Below, piece by piece: positions 49,801 to 64,000 of a stretch of DNA of 64,000 nucleotides (positions are counted from its first letter, which is position 1; every line of letters starts with the position of its first letter). Made by a program: the position numbers and the translations under genes. The notes beneath the pieces were generated by a model that saw only the letters and a list, made by a program, of their open reading frames with translations, made no database searches and had not been told where the DNA came from. Source of the stretch: Mesotaenium endlicherianum (Eukaryota); contig WELA01002856.1 in NCBI GenBank assembly GCA_009602735.1, positions 62,001 through 126,000 on the forward strand, given 5' to 3'.

Positions 49801-52800
49801 AAAAAGGACCTTATTTCCAAGTTATTAGGAATGACCAGCTTCAGCCTGCCTGAAGTGGTTTCAGTCACCCAGACACCTCCCTTAAGCTTATACCCGAGTG
49901 CAGTAGCACGACACATACCAAAAGTGAGGCTGGGCTCAAATGTTGGGTCAGAAAGGTAGGCTTTCCTAAGTTGTTCAAAGAAGGACTTTTTCACCTTTAG
50001 TGAAGTGAGTGCACACAGGACTTTATCTACAGCATGCTGACTAAAGTTCCTTTCTCTCAAGTCAGGTCTTTTAGAAAGTGCATCAGCAGGATTCATCTTC
50101 CCTGGTTTGTAGTCGATCAGGACTTGAAATTGGTCCAGCATCTGGCTCCTGCGGTTCTCCCTCCTTGGCAGCCTGGACTTCTTCTGAAAGTGAGTCAGAG
50201 CTAGATGATCTGTAATCACCTTAAAAGCTTTACCATGTAAGTATGCTCTCCACTGTTTGAGTACATGAATGATAGCTAGCAGGTCTTATCATGCACTGAG
50301 TAATTAATCTCCGCTGGATCAAATTTCATAGACTCGTACAACAAAGGATGCCACTCCTGCTGTACCTTACCATCCTTTGTCAGCAGGCTGCAACAAAATA
50401 GCACCCATGGCAAAGTCCGAGGCATCAGTAACCACCTGCACCGGTTTGCTGGGGTCATACACGGCTAGCACAGGGGCAGAACAAAGGGCATCTTTAAGGG
50501 TCTGGAAGGCAGCCTGCTACTCTTTCGCCCACACATACCCTATGTCTTTCTTAGTAAGGTCAGTCAGTTTACTGGCCTTGGTAGAATAATTTTCAATAAA
50601 TCTCCTATAGTAGTTAGCCAACCCGAGGAAGGATTTAACTTTAGAGACCGACTGTGGTACTGGCCAGTCCCTTATGGTCTGGACTTTCTTAGGATCCACG
50701 CTGATGCCCTCTTTACTGACAACGTGGCCTAAGAACTCAATACTTTCCTTAAACAAATCACACTTGCTCATTTTAGCATATAACTGATTTCTTCTCAGAA
50801 TGTCCATGACTGTCTTTAAGTGTTCAGCGTGCTGAGTCTCATCTTTAGAGAAAATTAAATATCATACAGGAAAACTTGCACAAATTTATCTAAATAAGGC
50901 CTGAAAATGTCATTCATAGCACCCATGAAGGTCGCAGGAGCATTAATCAGTCCAAATGGCATCACGTTGAACTCATAGTGTCCATATCGTGTGCGGAAGG
51001 CAATCTTGTGTTCATCCCATTCAACAATTTTGATTTGATGATAATCACTCTTGAGATCTATCTTACTGAACACCTGAGCACCAGACAGGGTATCAAGCAA
51101 GTCCTCGATTCTGGGTAAAGCATACTTGTTCTTTATTGTAATTCTGTTCAAGGCTCTATAATCCACACAAGAGGAAGAGCACTGGTGGGTGCCACGTTAG
51201 TCTGCCCATCACTGGCTCCTCTCACTTTAACTGTACCTCTGCTCCAACACACTTCAGCTTGATGTCTATTATTGATGTTTATTAAGCCAGGACCTGCCTA
51301 GCACGAGATCATAAAAGCCAGTGTTGAGTACCTCAAATGTAAGCGTTTCAGTTAGAACTGCAATGCTAGAACCTAACTGGACCTCAATAGGCTTGGTTAT
51401 AACTCCTCCCGGGATACTTGAGGCATCTCCAAGGAATATTTTTCTATTCTCTTGGGTGACAGTAGGCAGCCTTAGCCGCTTAATTAAGTCCTTCTGAAGA
51501 AAAGTATGTGACGCTCCTCCGTCAACAAATGCCCTCACCTTCCTACCTGCAATCATGCAATGCAGTAGGATAGGGGGGACTGTCTTTTCCTGACTTTCGC
51601 ATTGTTCTCCTGACGTAGCAAAGAAATGTTGGACATCAGGTGGAACAAGAGCATCCAGAGTGTGCACTCTCTGGACGTCTATATTACTGATGGTCTCCTT
51701 TATCTGTTTGTCAGGCATGCATAGTGAATCCAGTTCAGCAGGACCCATAATACCTGCTACGAGGGCAGCTAGTGACGACTCACTATCTCTAGCATCCTCA
51801 CAGTCAGTAGACTGGATTACTGATTGTTGCTGTCATTTAAAGGCTGGTCTTTTCTCTCGACCTTCGAAAGGTGCTTGTCTGAACACTGCTCTCTGAAGTG
51901 ACCTAGCTGCTGGCAATGGAAGCAAATCGATTTGTATGAGTCTGGTCTCGGCTTAGTCCTACCACCACCCCTTCCGTAGCCACCTCGAGAGGGACCACCT
52001 CTACCTCTAGACTGAATAGCATTGTACTCATACTTATATTCATCACCCTGATTATCCTCAGCCTGGTCTCCTTCAATTGCATTGTAGGAACCGTGGGGCT
52101 TTTTGACAATCTTAGACACCAAAGCGTTACTCTGGCGCTTGTGATTGAACTGCTGCTGATCCCAGGCGTCAGCATCCTGGATCAAGTCAGCCAATTTCTC
52201 ATACTTCTCCTCAGCGAAATGACCAGAGACTTTGAATTTCAAGCCATACCTGAAGTATGCTATCCTATACCGTTCTGGCAAGTCTGGCTGTTTCATCATG
52301 TTCTCCTGGAACTTTTGAGCAAACTCAGCAACTGAAGTGGTCTGCTTCAGTGTCAGAGAGATCATCGCATAGATAGCTTTCTCCTGCTGGTTGATGACAT
52401 CAAACTTCTCATGCAACTTCTCGACAAACTCTACCCACGTAGGGTCACCGAGTTGCCGAGCCTTACGCTCTTCCTTCCAGTAAAGCCACCAGTCTGCGGC
52501 ACTGCCTTTCAGTAGCGCACCGGTGTGCCTGACCTTCTCGTAATCTTGCAGTTCTGGGTAGTTCTCCAGCCACTGCTCAACATCCGCGAGAAACTTGATC
52601 AGGTAATATTTTCTGTTTCCCTCAAGATCATATTCCTGGGGAGGTTTCGACTTGGGCTTACTAGGCCCTCTGCCACCACCACCAGTGGTTTGAGACCCCA
52701 ATTGGTCTCTGTCTCGCAGTAGAGACATTATGATTCTTTTGTCCTCCTGTTGGGACTGATACATGGTCGCCATTTGCGACTGCATTTGAACGAACAATGC

Positions 52801-55800
52801 TCCCAAGTCTACACTCTCGGTGGTAGTCTAGCAAATGCAGCAGCAGCATTGGCATCTACTCGCTGAGTCGTGTCCTCAACGGTCCCTCTTGCTCCTGCAG
52901 CAACAATTCCTGCCGCATTCAGCCGGTTACGTATTTGACCTAGGGGTACATTGAGTTGTACAGCAGGAGGTGGGTTCAAAACATTGGCCCTGGATGCCAT
53001 AAGTTCTTCAACCGTACGCTCGTCAGCGGTCTGTCCTTCCCTCCTTTCTGTATCCTCAGCAGCCTTTGCTACTTGTTCAGCTAATCTGGCTCTCTTCTCC
53101 TCAGCTTGCTGTGCTGCGACTGCGGCAATAGCAGTTGCCACATCTGCAGCCTCTCTAGCTGCAGTATCTGCCACTGCTTCAAAATAGGTACGGGTTCCCG
53201 CTACATGGCTTTCCGCCTGGTTTTCGACATTCTCGTTATCCTGGTTCTCCATGTCTCGGGAGTTGCTAGTTTGAGACCTTGTCCTTACCATACAAAGAAG
53301 ACTGAGAAAACTGCTCTGTTACCACTGAAATGAATCGGCTTACCAAATAGGCTATTAACAGTTAATTAAGATCTTTATATCAGCAAGTAATCTGTATGGA
53401 TTTTCCGTTAACTGATTAAACGGCAAAAGGACAACACACTAGCAAAGAACAACACTCGTAAGTCACATGCGAGTAAACTAGCATCAATAATGCAATCAGT
53501 AAAACTCATACATAAGAAAGGTTCGAAGACAGTGCGTATCAATGGCTTCTCGCCTTGGATTCAGATCTCTCTCAGTCAGCTGTACAAGAGAGTTGGCCTC
53601 GTTTCCGAATGCCGAACTCGAGAGCAATGCCTAGCATATGTACATGGAATGAGTTTAGTGTTCAACGGCCAGTGCAATGGCACTGCCTACCCGGGAGTAA
53701 ACCACGTTGGTAGGACCTCGGTTAACCAAATCCATCGCCATCTCCCATCATCCCGAATCGCCATCCATCATAGGGATGTCATCTGGCCATTCATCTAGCA
53801 TATCACACTTAGATGCATATCGAGGCAGTTCGCTGCTACCGAGTACAGAAGTCATCTGGCTGTCAAAGAATGTGTCGGCAAGCTCACTAGAGTTGACTCC
53901 AGCCTGCTGCTTTCGGCTGGGTCATTAAACTGCTATTAAATATAAAGTCCAGCAGACTGACTATTTAACTAGAGTTCAGCAGGCTGAACATGATTCACTA
54001 TTATATTTGAATGAATATCATATCTACATATATATTGATTCATTACAAGGACCCTGCTATAATTGCGGCAAGCTTGGACATCTGGCTCGAGACTGTCATG
54101 TGAAGGCGAAGCAACCTCAACAGCAGGAAAAAGGAGGACGCCAGTAAGTCGTTTTGGGGTGCCTACTGGCGTAAAGATGAGCACTCACAAGGAGGTTATC
54201 TCCGGGAGCCTGCCGAGATGCGAAAGACGAGATGTTGACAAGCCTATCATCGTTGGAGGAGTGGTCGACGGCAACAAGGCAAAGTGTATGGTCGACAGTG
54301 GCGCAAGTGAAACTTTGTGCACAAGAAGCTGGTGAAAGAGTGGCGAATCCCTGTGCAGAAGCATTATGAGCCTAAGGAGGCAATTTTGGCGAATGGGCAG
54401 AGATTCAAGTGTGGTGCACCTACGGAAGCTATTCACGTGGAAGTAGCGGTGCACCAGAGTACTGAAGTTATGGAGCAGGCAGAGTGAGGTCATCATGAGG
54501 TGATATTGGGCCGACCATGGCTAAGAAAAGCCAACCCTCAAGTGCACTGGAGCACAGGACAAGTGAAGGTCCAAAGGCGTAATGGTCGGATGGAGATAGC
54601 AAAACCGGTGGAGGTAGATACGACCACAAGTAACTGTCTTCTGTCGAGCCTGCAAGTTAAGAAGCTATGCAGGGCGAATCAAGTGAAGGAGATGTACCTT
54701 GTTTCGGTGGCCCTGGCCAGGTCATCAGATGGAGCAAGCGTGAATCCTAACAGCCTGGGCGAATGTACATCGCCGGAGGAGCAAGTAGTGGTGTCTGATC
54801 CCCTTGCTAAAAAGGAGCAGAGCCCAACTGCTCATGAGAAGCCTGCTGAGATGCCTGCCCAAATTAAGACGCTGTTGGAGGAGTTCAAGTGCGTATTTCC
54901 TGAGGAGCTACCTGCAGGATTACCTTCACAGAGAGCTATGGAGCACAAGATCGAGTTGGAACCAGGGAGCAAGCCACCAGTGAGACCCGCCTATCGTCAA
55001 TCGCTTGCGGAGTTGGACGAGTTGAAGAAGCAGCTGACAGAGTTGTTGGAGAAGGGATTCATCCGACCCAGCGAGTCTCCATTTTCAGCGCCAGTCTTAT
55101 TTGTGAAGAAATAAGATGGGACTATGAGGATGTGTGTCGACTACCGGGCTCTCAACAAGGTCACCATTAAGAACAGGTACTTACTTCCACGAGTGGACGA
55201 GTTGATTGATAGGCTTGTCAGGGCGAAGTATTTCTCGAAGATCGATTTGAGGAGTGGCTATCACCAGGTACGGATTGCGGAAGGAAACGTTGAGAAGCCT
55301 GCTTTCAGAACTCGCTATGGTTTGGTCGAGTTCACAGTCATGCCTTTTGGATTGACTAATGCACCTGCTACATTGATGGGACTCATGAATAGTATCTTCA
55401 GACCCTATTTGGACCAGTTTGTGGTGGTATTTTTGGACGACATCTTGATCTATTCGAAGACCTTGGAAGAGCATGTGGAGAAACCGAGGAAGGTGTTGGA
55501 GGTCTTGAGAGATCAAAAGTTATATGGGAAGATGAGCAAGTGCAACTTCTGTCTAATGATTTGCCAAGGTGTGTGCACCGCTAACGGACATGTTGAAGAA
55601 CCAGGAGAAGTGGCTATGGGGTGACAAGGAGCAGCAAGCCTTTGAGAAAATTAAGGAGGTGTTGACACAGGCACCTGTGTTGGCAATTGCCAGTCCAGAG
55701 CTTCCTTTCACCATCATCACGGACGCATCAAACTTTGCAGTGGAGCCATTCTTCTCCAGGACCAGGGCCAAGGATTGCAGCCTGTGGCATATGAGAGCAG

Positions 55801-58288
55801 GAAGTTGAGTCCTGCTGAGCAAAACTATGCAGCACACGAGCGGGAGATGTTGGCTATCATCCAGGCTTTGAGGATTTGGCGATGTTATGTGGACGGCCGG
55901 AAGGTGTTCATCAAGAGCGACCACAAGAGCTTGGAGAAGTTTATGACGCAACCAACGTTAACACGAAGACAGGCAAGGTGGATGGAGTTTCTGCAACAAT
56001 TCAACCACAAGGTTGAGTATTTACCTGGGAAGATCAACCCTGCAGACGCTTTATCCAGGAGGTGTGACCTTGCAGCTGTCTCAGTCATCAAGGAGTGTAT
56101 GGACTTCAAGGAGAAGATTCACAGAGGTTATGAAGAAGACCCAGAGTATGCTGATGGTGGAACAGCTGAGTCCAACTCAAGTATGCAGAAGAAGGACGGC
56201 AGATGGTATTATGGTGATTCCAAAAGAGTGGTGGTACCTGACATCAAGGAGCTACAAAACTTACTACTTGCGGAGCATCATGACTGCTTATATGCTGGAC
56301 ACTTTGGAAGCGAGAAGACGGCAAGCGTGCTGAAGCGAGAATACTGTTGGAGAAACATGGACAAGGACATCGAGGAGTGGATCAGGAATTGCGATGCGTG
56401 ACAGCGAAACAAGACACCAAATCAAAAGAAGGGAGGTACATTGCAGCCCCTACCTATTCCAGAGTACGCTTGGGAGCAGATTGCTGTGGACTTCATCACA
56501 TCATTACCAGTTAGTGGTCAAGGGCACGATGCAGTATGGGTTGTGTCTGATAGACTCAGCAAAATGGCTCATTTCATTCCCATGACGGAGACTTGTACGG
56601 CAGCAGATGTGGCACGACTATTCTTTGATCATATTTTCAGGCTACATGGGTTGCCGAAGGTGATTGTTTCAAATCGGGATCCAAGGTTTACTAGCAACTT
56701 TTGGTGAACATTGTTTACTTTGATGGGGACCAAGCTGAGTATGAGCACTTCCTATCACCCTCAGACAGACGGGCAGAGTGAGAGGCTCAACAGAACTCTG
56801 CAAGAGGTGCTCAGGAGTTTCACTATGGAAGACCCTTCAGAGTGGGACAAGAAGCTACCAGGGTTGGAGTTTGGCTACAACAACATCATGCAGGGATCGA
56901 CCAAGCAGTCACCATTTTCTATGGTTTATGGAAGAGAAGTATATCTACCAGGGCACATCTTGTTGGAGTAGGCCAAGGAGACTCAGGTTCCTACTACACA
57001 AGCGTTTATGGAGCAGATGGCCAACACGTGGGATACGGCGAAGACGTGTATTCGGAAGGCACAGGAAGAACAGGTTAAGCATGCTAACAGGCACAGGAGG
57101 GAAGTGACATTCCATGTGGGCAACAAAGTACTCTTGCTGACATAAAATCTACCTTTCATAGGCAAGAGGAAACTGCGGGCACGGTCTACAGGTCCCTTCG
57201 TAGTGCTCAAGCAGGTGAATTGAGTGACCTACAAGTTGGAAATTCCTTCAGGCTGGCGTATCCATGATGAGTTCCATGTCAGTTGTTTGCGGCCATACGT
57301 TGACCCGAATGAAGGACATCCAGGACAAGTACCTACACCGCCACCACCGGTCGAGATCGATGATGTATCGGAGTATGAAGTGGAGGCGATTGTCGGTGAT
57401 CGACGAGTCAAGCGAGGTCAACAACTTGTTCAGGAGTATCTGGTCAAGTGGAAGGGCTACCATGCGGACGACAACACTTGGGAGCCGGAAGCCAACTTGA
57501 CTCGTTGTAAGAGTAAGTTGAGACGTTATTTGCAGAATGCGTCGAGGACGTCGCATCTTGAGGAGGGGGGTGAAGTAAGGTCATAGGTTTATGAAGTGCA
57601 TTTTTGAATTTCATGAAAGCATGTTTTGATTGTTTAGTAGTGTAGAGTGCATTTTTGTGGTCATTTTGATATAAAGTTCATCGAATTCGGTCAAGTATTG
57701 AGAGAGTTATGGATTTCCGAAGTACATTCAGTTTTCCTTAATTCGCGGTGAGCGCGACCGTCGGATTGACCGACAGCGTCAAGCGATCTGGCCCGTTAGA
57801 ATGAACTCGAACCTTCACGTAAGTTCGGCTGACGCGAAGTGCCAACTAGGTCGGTTTACCTAGAAGTTTCGGTTTAGCCGAGCGCGTCTAAGATAGAATA
57901 TTCTACTAATGTCGATGCATGTATGTGGACGTCAATTCGGCCCGACACGTCAGATTAGACTGATCTGGCTTACTCACGAATATTCTGGAAGGGACGATTT
58001 GACAAACACTTAGGAAAATCCGTAGCTTCCTCCTAGGAAGGAGCACTTAGGCAGAAATTTATAAGTAGGCATAATTTCTTTGTTTCTTATAAGTTTTCAC
58101 TTCTGTGAATTTTTGCGGGTTTGTAATGACAAGGCCTTTCTACCTAGTACATTTGTGAGCAGTTTCTTGTTACTCAAAAATGTTGAGTATCTTTGCTAAG
58201 CTTTCTTAGTGATATGCCGCTGCACTCTTTAGTATGATTGCAACTAGTTTCTTTCCTCGTGAGTTACTACGCTTCCAATAGGGCACTC
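43888..58288 (+). mobile_element. Chromovirus-type Ty3/gypsy family C, copy C1 (degenerate; hosts B2)
   Basis: LTRs 43888-44619 and ~57574-58288; PBS TAGTATCGGAGC at 44622. Gag 44656-45592 resumes at 54048 (CYNCGKLGHLARDC), followed by protease [18 protein letters not shown], RNase H, integrase and chromodomain (57361-57530). PPT GAGGAGGGGGG. Confidence 0.93.
45593..54047 (-). mobile_element. Gypsy family B, copy B2 (degenerate)
   Basis: LTRs 53326-54047 (5') and 45593-46313 (3'). TSD AGGAT/AGGAC; PBS TGGTAACAGAGC. Gag, pol and extra-ORF fragments are near-identical to B1. The integrase core is retained, and ~450 bp is deleted at the PR/RT junction. Confidence 0.95.
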
Positions 58289-61200
58289 TATTGGGCAGAA
58301 TTGTTTGAAAAGATTCGGAAGGATTCTTCTTATACGCAATCCGTCGCATTTATAGGCTTGGTTCAGTACTTGGATAAGGATGCCTTGTTGCTATATCGCC
58401 AATTCTGGAAGGATGAGTATCTCACCCAGGAATGGGCGTTTGAAGAACAAAATAGGGCTAGGGATTTGAAAATCCAGAAGAGGCTGCGAAAGCCCAAATG
58501 TCTGCTTTATCTTCAGGAAGAGTAGTGCCAACTGAACCTGTTGAGAGCATAGACATAGCTGCACTAACACAAGAATTAACAGAGGCCATGAGGCAACTCA
58601 CTGAGGGCCAGCAATGGGCTGCTACTCAGAATGATGATGCCGGCTCTGTCGAAGAGTTGCGAAAGGTGTGTGCAGAATTGTATGAAAAGATTGCTGATGC
58701 TCAAGAACGAGTAACGCGCAGAGCTGCACCTTTTAATGGTCAGCAAGGCGATAGCGCCACGACAGAGGCAAGCCATGCGCAAGCCTTGGCTAGCTGTCGT
58801 AAGGATATGGAGGCTGGGGATGACCATCTAGACTCTGAGCATTGCCTACGTCGTTACTTTAAGTTGCTTGAAGCACAATTCCCAGAGGATCGCAGTCTTA
58901 GTGTGCACCGTTATGTGCAATTTGTCCGCCAGAAGAACAAGACAGTCATGGAGGTTCAATCCAGATTGGTAGATCTCGCCAAAAAGGCAAATATCTACGA
59001 GCCCAAAATAGTAGCTGACAAACTTCTATTATGCTTGGGCAAGGACACAGATCGAGAAGTCAGGCCACACCTGTCCGTGAAGCACGGGATGCATTGGGAC
59101 ATTGACGAGACGGCTGAAATAGCACGCAATGTCGAAGAAGGTAAAGTGTGGAACAAGGAGGCTTCCAGGACGCTTATGGCTCCTGAGAGTAGGGAGGAGT
59201 CTTCTTCGTCTAACGCCAACAGCTCCACTCTTCAATTTAAGAAAAAGAGCGGGTCTCTCAATAAGTTTGCTAAGCACGCCAACAGCTGAAATAGCAGAGG
59301 ACTGTTGGAATTGCGGGAAATTGGGACATCACAAGAGAGATTGTCCGTACCAGAATGCTAAGCAACTATCTGCTAGCAAGGCACAGATATGTGCACACTC
59401 AGAAGATGAGTGCTGGTCTAAGAACCCAAATCTAAAGCCACCATGGGCAAATGCTGCCACAAAAGAGGCCGAGAAGGAGAAAAGAAAGAAAATGGTAGCT
59501 CTGGTAACCGCAAGGGTAACCAGAAGTATTACGCTATGAGTGCAGAAATTGCCGAGCTGAAAGCTCAAGTGGCAAAACTAAATGCGCCTAATGTCTACTA
59601 TGATGCATATGATGCAAAAAAGACCGTCTGCAAAGGCGAGAAGCTGATGCTTGAAAAGGCAGTGGGTGCAACGGCTGCCGAGCGAGCAGATCACGACCGT
59701 CTGGTGCCAAGGAATGCTGGGAAGCATCCTCAGACTTTCCGAATCACTCTGGATGAAAATGAGATCTTGCAACTGCAACAAGTCAGGCCTGGGACGCGTA
59801 AGACATTAACTTTTTCCTTGGAGAAGCTGAAGGCCGCGGTGGAACACCGGATCCGACATGCTCCTTTGCTTTCTCTCGCTGATTTGCATATTACCTACCC
59901 GTTCACGATTGAAGAAGCCGGACATCAGCTGGATATAGCTAAGAAGGGTGCAAACAGCGCCTCATTGCCTACCAATTTTAGCACTGTGAAAGTGCAGAAT
60001 AAGGATGGTGCACTAATATTCAACAACTCGACAGCCCCCAACATTCTGTTGGATACGGGCGCACAGCCAGTCATCCTAAGAAAGCGAGCTGTGAAAGCTC
60101 TAAGATTGACAGCAAAGGACCTGAAAGAGAGTCTTTTCCAGTTGAGAACTGCCTCAAGGCAAGTTACAAAGTCTTGTGGAATTACTCGCAAGCCTGTGAA
60201 AATCACGGTAAATTCAGGGAAACCTAAAGAGGCGTCATTACTCATGAAGTGCACAGTGACGGAGGCAGAGAACTATGATGTTCTCTTGGGGACAGAAGCA
60301 CTGATTCTCTTGGGTATGGTCATTGATCTGCGGAAGCAGAGGATGACTTACCAATCAACAGATCAGCAGTCGGCAGGAGACTTTCCTGTGAAGATGGTTT
60401 GCACAGGAGAAGCAAACTACGGGCTGCTAGACTGCTGCGTTAACAACAGGTACCTAGAAGCCTGCGACAACATCATGAAACACGAAGAGGAAATCTATAC
60501 GAGCATCAACATGCCAACACCCTTGGTATGGCAACCTCGGATTATGGAGCAACTGGAAATTGTGAGTGACAGGGACCACGGCCCGCAAGAGCTGCTGCCA
60601 GTACCTGTTGGAGCTACAAGAGCTCAAGACGGATGACTGGGTGGCCGACCACTTGATAATGGAGGGCCCCAGCCCGGCAGATTTATACATCAATCTGAGA
60701 CCGCCTACATCCAGTTTTCCAACCGCCAGTTTTCCAGCACCAAGAGCTACCCCACATCAGCTACAACAGCCGCAGGAAGTGGCTGCCTGCACCGCTAAGG
60801 TGGAACCAACACAAGGTAATCCTCACGGTCGTGCAAGCGGACCAAGAAAGGTGGCCCGGGAAGGACATGCACCTTTCACGCGGATGCTGATGCGTTATCT
60901 CAAGTATAGGGGAGCAGCTCAGAGAGAAGGGGTTCCGAAAGGAACCATGGCTCCTCCTCCGCAACCTACCTTGGACATTTTGCAGAGAGAGGGAGAGGAT
61001 GGCTTGATTCGCAAAGCCATGGCACTGGAAGTTCACATTCCCGTGGTGCGACCTTCATTTACTGGAACGTGGGAGAAGGATAGTTCAGCTCCTAGGGTAC
61101 CTGCAGTTTCTGAAAGGGAACTGGTGGAGCTGAGAAGTACCATAAGCCGCATGACAGCAGAACATGCTGTGTATGCACAACTAGCTGCAGCTCAAAGAAT

Positions 61201-63705
61201 CGCAGACTCCTACACAAGCATGGACGGTTACGCCACCAGCCAGGGAAGAGTTTGGCACAACCGTTGCGTGCATTGCTACCATTGAGCGCGAGTGGGGTAG
61301 GACAATCGACCCCAGAGCCGATCCAGCGGGGTGGCCCTTGCCGAATCCGCCCCGACCACGTGAAGAGGGAGGAACGGTAGCTGGACTGCGGCCGATGAAG
61401 AAAGGTTCTTGAGGTAGCCCATCCGGAGGCGTCTGACATACGCCACTCAACAGGAGAGGCGACGATCCATCGGAAAGGGTAAAAAGCCTAAGAAGCAGGC
61501 CGCAGAGCCTAAGTCGGCGGAGGAGCAAGCTGCGAAGCCTGCCACTCCAACGCCTGACAATCAGGCAGAAAAGCCTGAAGGTCAGGATGAGGGCGGAAAG
61601 CCCCCACTTGAACCCCAAGAGTAGCAACTATTGGATGCCTGTGTTGGGAAAAAGCAGCCGGCAGCTGAGGTTTTCACCATTGGAAAAATGGTCTCAACCC
61701 AGCAGAGAGCACAATTAGAAAGGCTGCTGAAGAAGCACCGCAAGGTGTTTGCTTTCACGAAGGAGGAGATTGGTAGAACCACTGCCAGTATGTGTGAGAT
61801 CACACTAACTACTGATAACCCAGTCAGACTTCGGCCGCATAAGCTCAGACGAAATGGGACTGTGTCGAGAAAACTTGCCAGGAGCTGCACAAGCTCGGCA
61901 TGATTGAGAAATCAACCTCAGTACATGGAGCTCCCAAAGTAGTAGTTGCCAAGAAGGACGAGGCTTGCAATTATACAGCTACTCGTATGTGTGGGGACTA
62001 CAGGCGACTGAATCTTCACACGGAGCCAGACAGCTATGTGATGCCTACACCAGAGCGGATCTTTGCGATTGCCACCATCGGGAAGGTGTTCAGCATCATT
62101 GATCTATGCCAACGCTTTAACGAGATCCTTGTGAAAACAGAAGATCAAGGTAAGATCGCAATCTGGGCTCAAAGGGAACTTTGGCAATGGATGGTAATGC
62201 CCTTTGGGTTTAAAAATGCTCCAACCATCTTTAAGAGGACTATGGATTAAGTGCTGAAGAGGCTGGATTTGGCAAAACCATACATTAATGACGTAGTGGT
62301 GTTTAGCAAGTCCATGAAGAAGCACCTCGAGCACTTGGAACAAGTGTTCCAGCGCCTGGAGAAATTCCAGATGGCGCTGCATCCTGGAAAGTGCAGATTC
62401 TTTGAGGCACATGTGCCTTACCTAGAACATGAGATTGGGAACAATGCTATGTCCTCTCAGGCTGTAAAGATTGAGGCCATTTACAAGATACCTGCACCTG
62501 CGAATGTGTCTAAGCTGAAACCTCTGTTAGGACTAAGCGGATACTATCGTAAATTTGTGAAGGACTATAGCAAAATTGCTAAACCCTTGACAGAAGTCCT
62601 GAAAAAAGAATGTACCTTATGTGTAGACGGAAGCCTAGGAAAAGGCCATGAACGAGCTCAAGGAGCGCCTAGTAACGGCCCCAGTGTTGTTGAACGTTTG
62701 ACTACTCCAAGCCGTTCAATCTACACACTGAGTGGAGTCGTGTGGGAATCGGCGCAGTACTCACTCAGGCCGCAAGTCCTAGAGAGGAGTACGTCATTGC
62801 CTTTGCCTCATTGAACCCGGACCCATCCTCAGACGACAGAACAGGAGCTCGAGAAGACAAATATCCAAGCAGCCCAACAAAGTTGGCAGCCGGCCTGGCC
62901 GAAATGGCTACAATGGTAGCGTCAGGTGAAGCTGAGCCTCTACCCCTGTTCAATCCAGAGATCTAGAAAGATCAAGCCACTATGCATTGACTGAAGATAG
63001 GAGTCCACATGGAGGGATTATCTGTGAAAGAGAAGGACCACGTGAGCCATCGAGCTAAAAGATTTTGCTGGAAACGCAATATCCTCTTCAAGATTGAAGA
63101 ACTTGGTCAGGAGAAGTAGGTGCCAGAACCCACCAAAAGGCGAGCTTTGGTGCAGGACATGCACGAGAATACTGGACACTATGGTGTCAAGAAGACATAC
63201 AGTCTTCTGGAGCTGTCTTACTGGTGGAGGGGCATAAAGCAGCAGTATGAGGATGTGATCATGGCCTGCCAAAGCTGTGATCGCGTCAAGGCTGGTTTTA
63301 CAAGCAACATCCACACTTGCAACCTCTGCCAATCATGGGCCTAGGCAACCGCTGGAGTTGCGATCTCGCAGGTGAGCTACCGCTGTCCAAGCGAGGTAAC
63401 AAGTACAATATGGTCATGATTGAGCATTTCTGTAAGTGGATAGAGGTTGTGCTCTAACTGTTAAGGAGAGCTTGGGGACCGTGGAAGCGCTCCTCAACGG
63501 TGTGATTGTACGTCATGGAGCTCCAGCAGAAGTGCTGACAGACCATGGGTCTGAGTTCCAAGGATTTCTTCAGAAAATCTTGGACAGGTGCTTCATTGAC
63601 CATCGCACTACGTCCAGAGACCACCCACAAGCAGATGGTCTAGCAGAACGGATGGTGCAAACCATTAAGTCTGCTTCGCCCAAATTTTGCCTTGAGCATG
63701 ATAAG

Positions 63706-64000
63706 TGTAAGGTCATAAGTTTATAAAGTGCATTTTTGAGTTTCATGAAAGTATGTTTTGATTGTATAGTAGTGTAGAGTGCATTTTTGTGGTCATTTTG
63801 ATATAAAGTTCATCGAATTTGGTCAAGTATTGAGAGAGTTATGGATTTCCAAAGTTTAATTAGTTTTGAGGTCAATCGACGCCTGTCCTTAATTCGCGGT
63901 GAGCGCGACCGTCGGATTGAACGACAGCGTCGAGCGATCTGGCCCGTTAGAATGAACTCGAACCTTCACGTAAGTTTGGCTGACGCGGAGTGCCGACTAG
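63706..64000 (+). mobile_element. Start of another family-C LTR (C2) inserted in the A2 integrase; runs off the window
   Basis: TGTAAGGTCATAAGTTTATAAAGTGCATT.. matches 43888 onward and interrupts A2 exactly after GAGCATGATAAG. Confidence 0.92.

Larger units (their letters stand above)
41892..63705 (+). mobile_element. Gypsy family A, copy A2 (interrupted by C1/B2 and C2; DNMT segment absent)
   Basis: 43555-43887 matches window 1-333, and 58289 onward continues that match. Gag with knuckle CWNCGKLGHHKRDC and protease LLDTGAQ are present; RT/RH/INT remnants are collinear with A1. The probable 5' LTR starts at TGTAACG 33744 and is split by B1. Confidence 0.88.

Overview
Eukaryotic, plant-lineage DNA; the DA2/GW2 and CCA1/LHY genes and the TE content suggest a streptophyte alga (inference). 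Two intron-containing host genes converge at 7.7-15.7 kb: a DA2/GW2-type RING E3 ligase and a CCA1/LHY/RVE-type MYB clock factor. Almost everything else is transposable elements. The main observation is a complete 10.7-kb PIF/Harbinger DNA transposon (17937-28667) with a perfect 18-bp TIR and a TAG target-site duplication (TSD). Besides the usual transposase and Myb/SANT protein, it carries a full C5 cytosine DNA methyltransferase, an LRR-like gene and an orphan ORF. A second, unrelated DNMT3-like methyltransferase is fused into the polyprotein of a PHD-bearing Ty3/gypsy element (family A, 1-7.2 kb). From 28.9 kb to the end is a nest of elements: a MULE-like foldback element, a CACTA-like element, two chromovirus families (B, with an extra 3' ORF, and C), a second family-A copy lacking the DNMT, and a pol-less remnant (D). 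All calls are from reading motifs by eye; no database searches were run.
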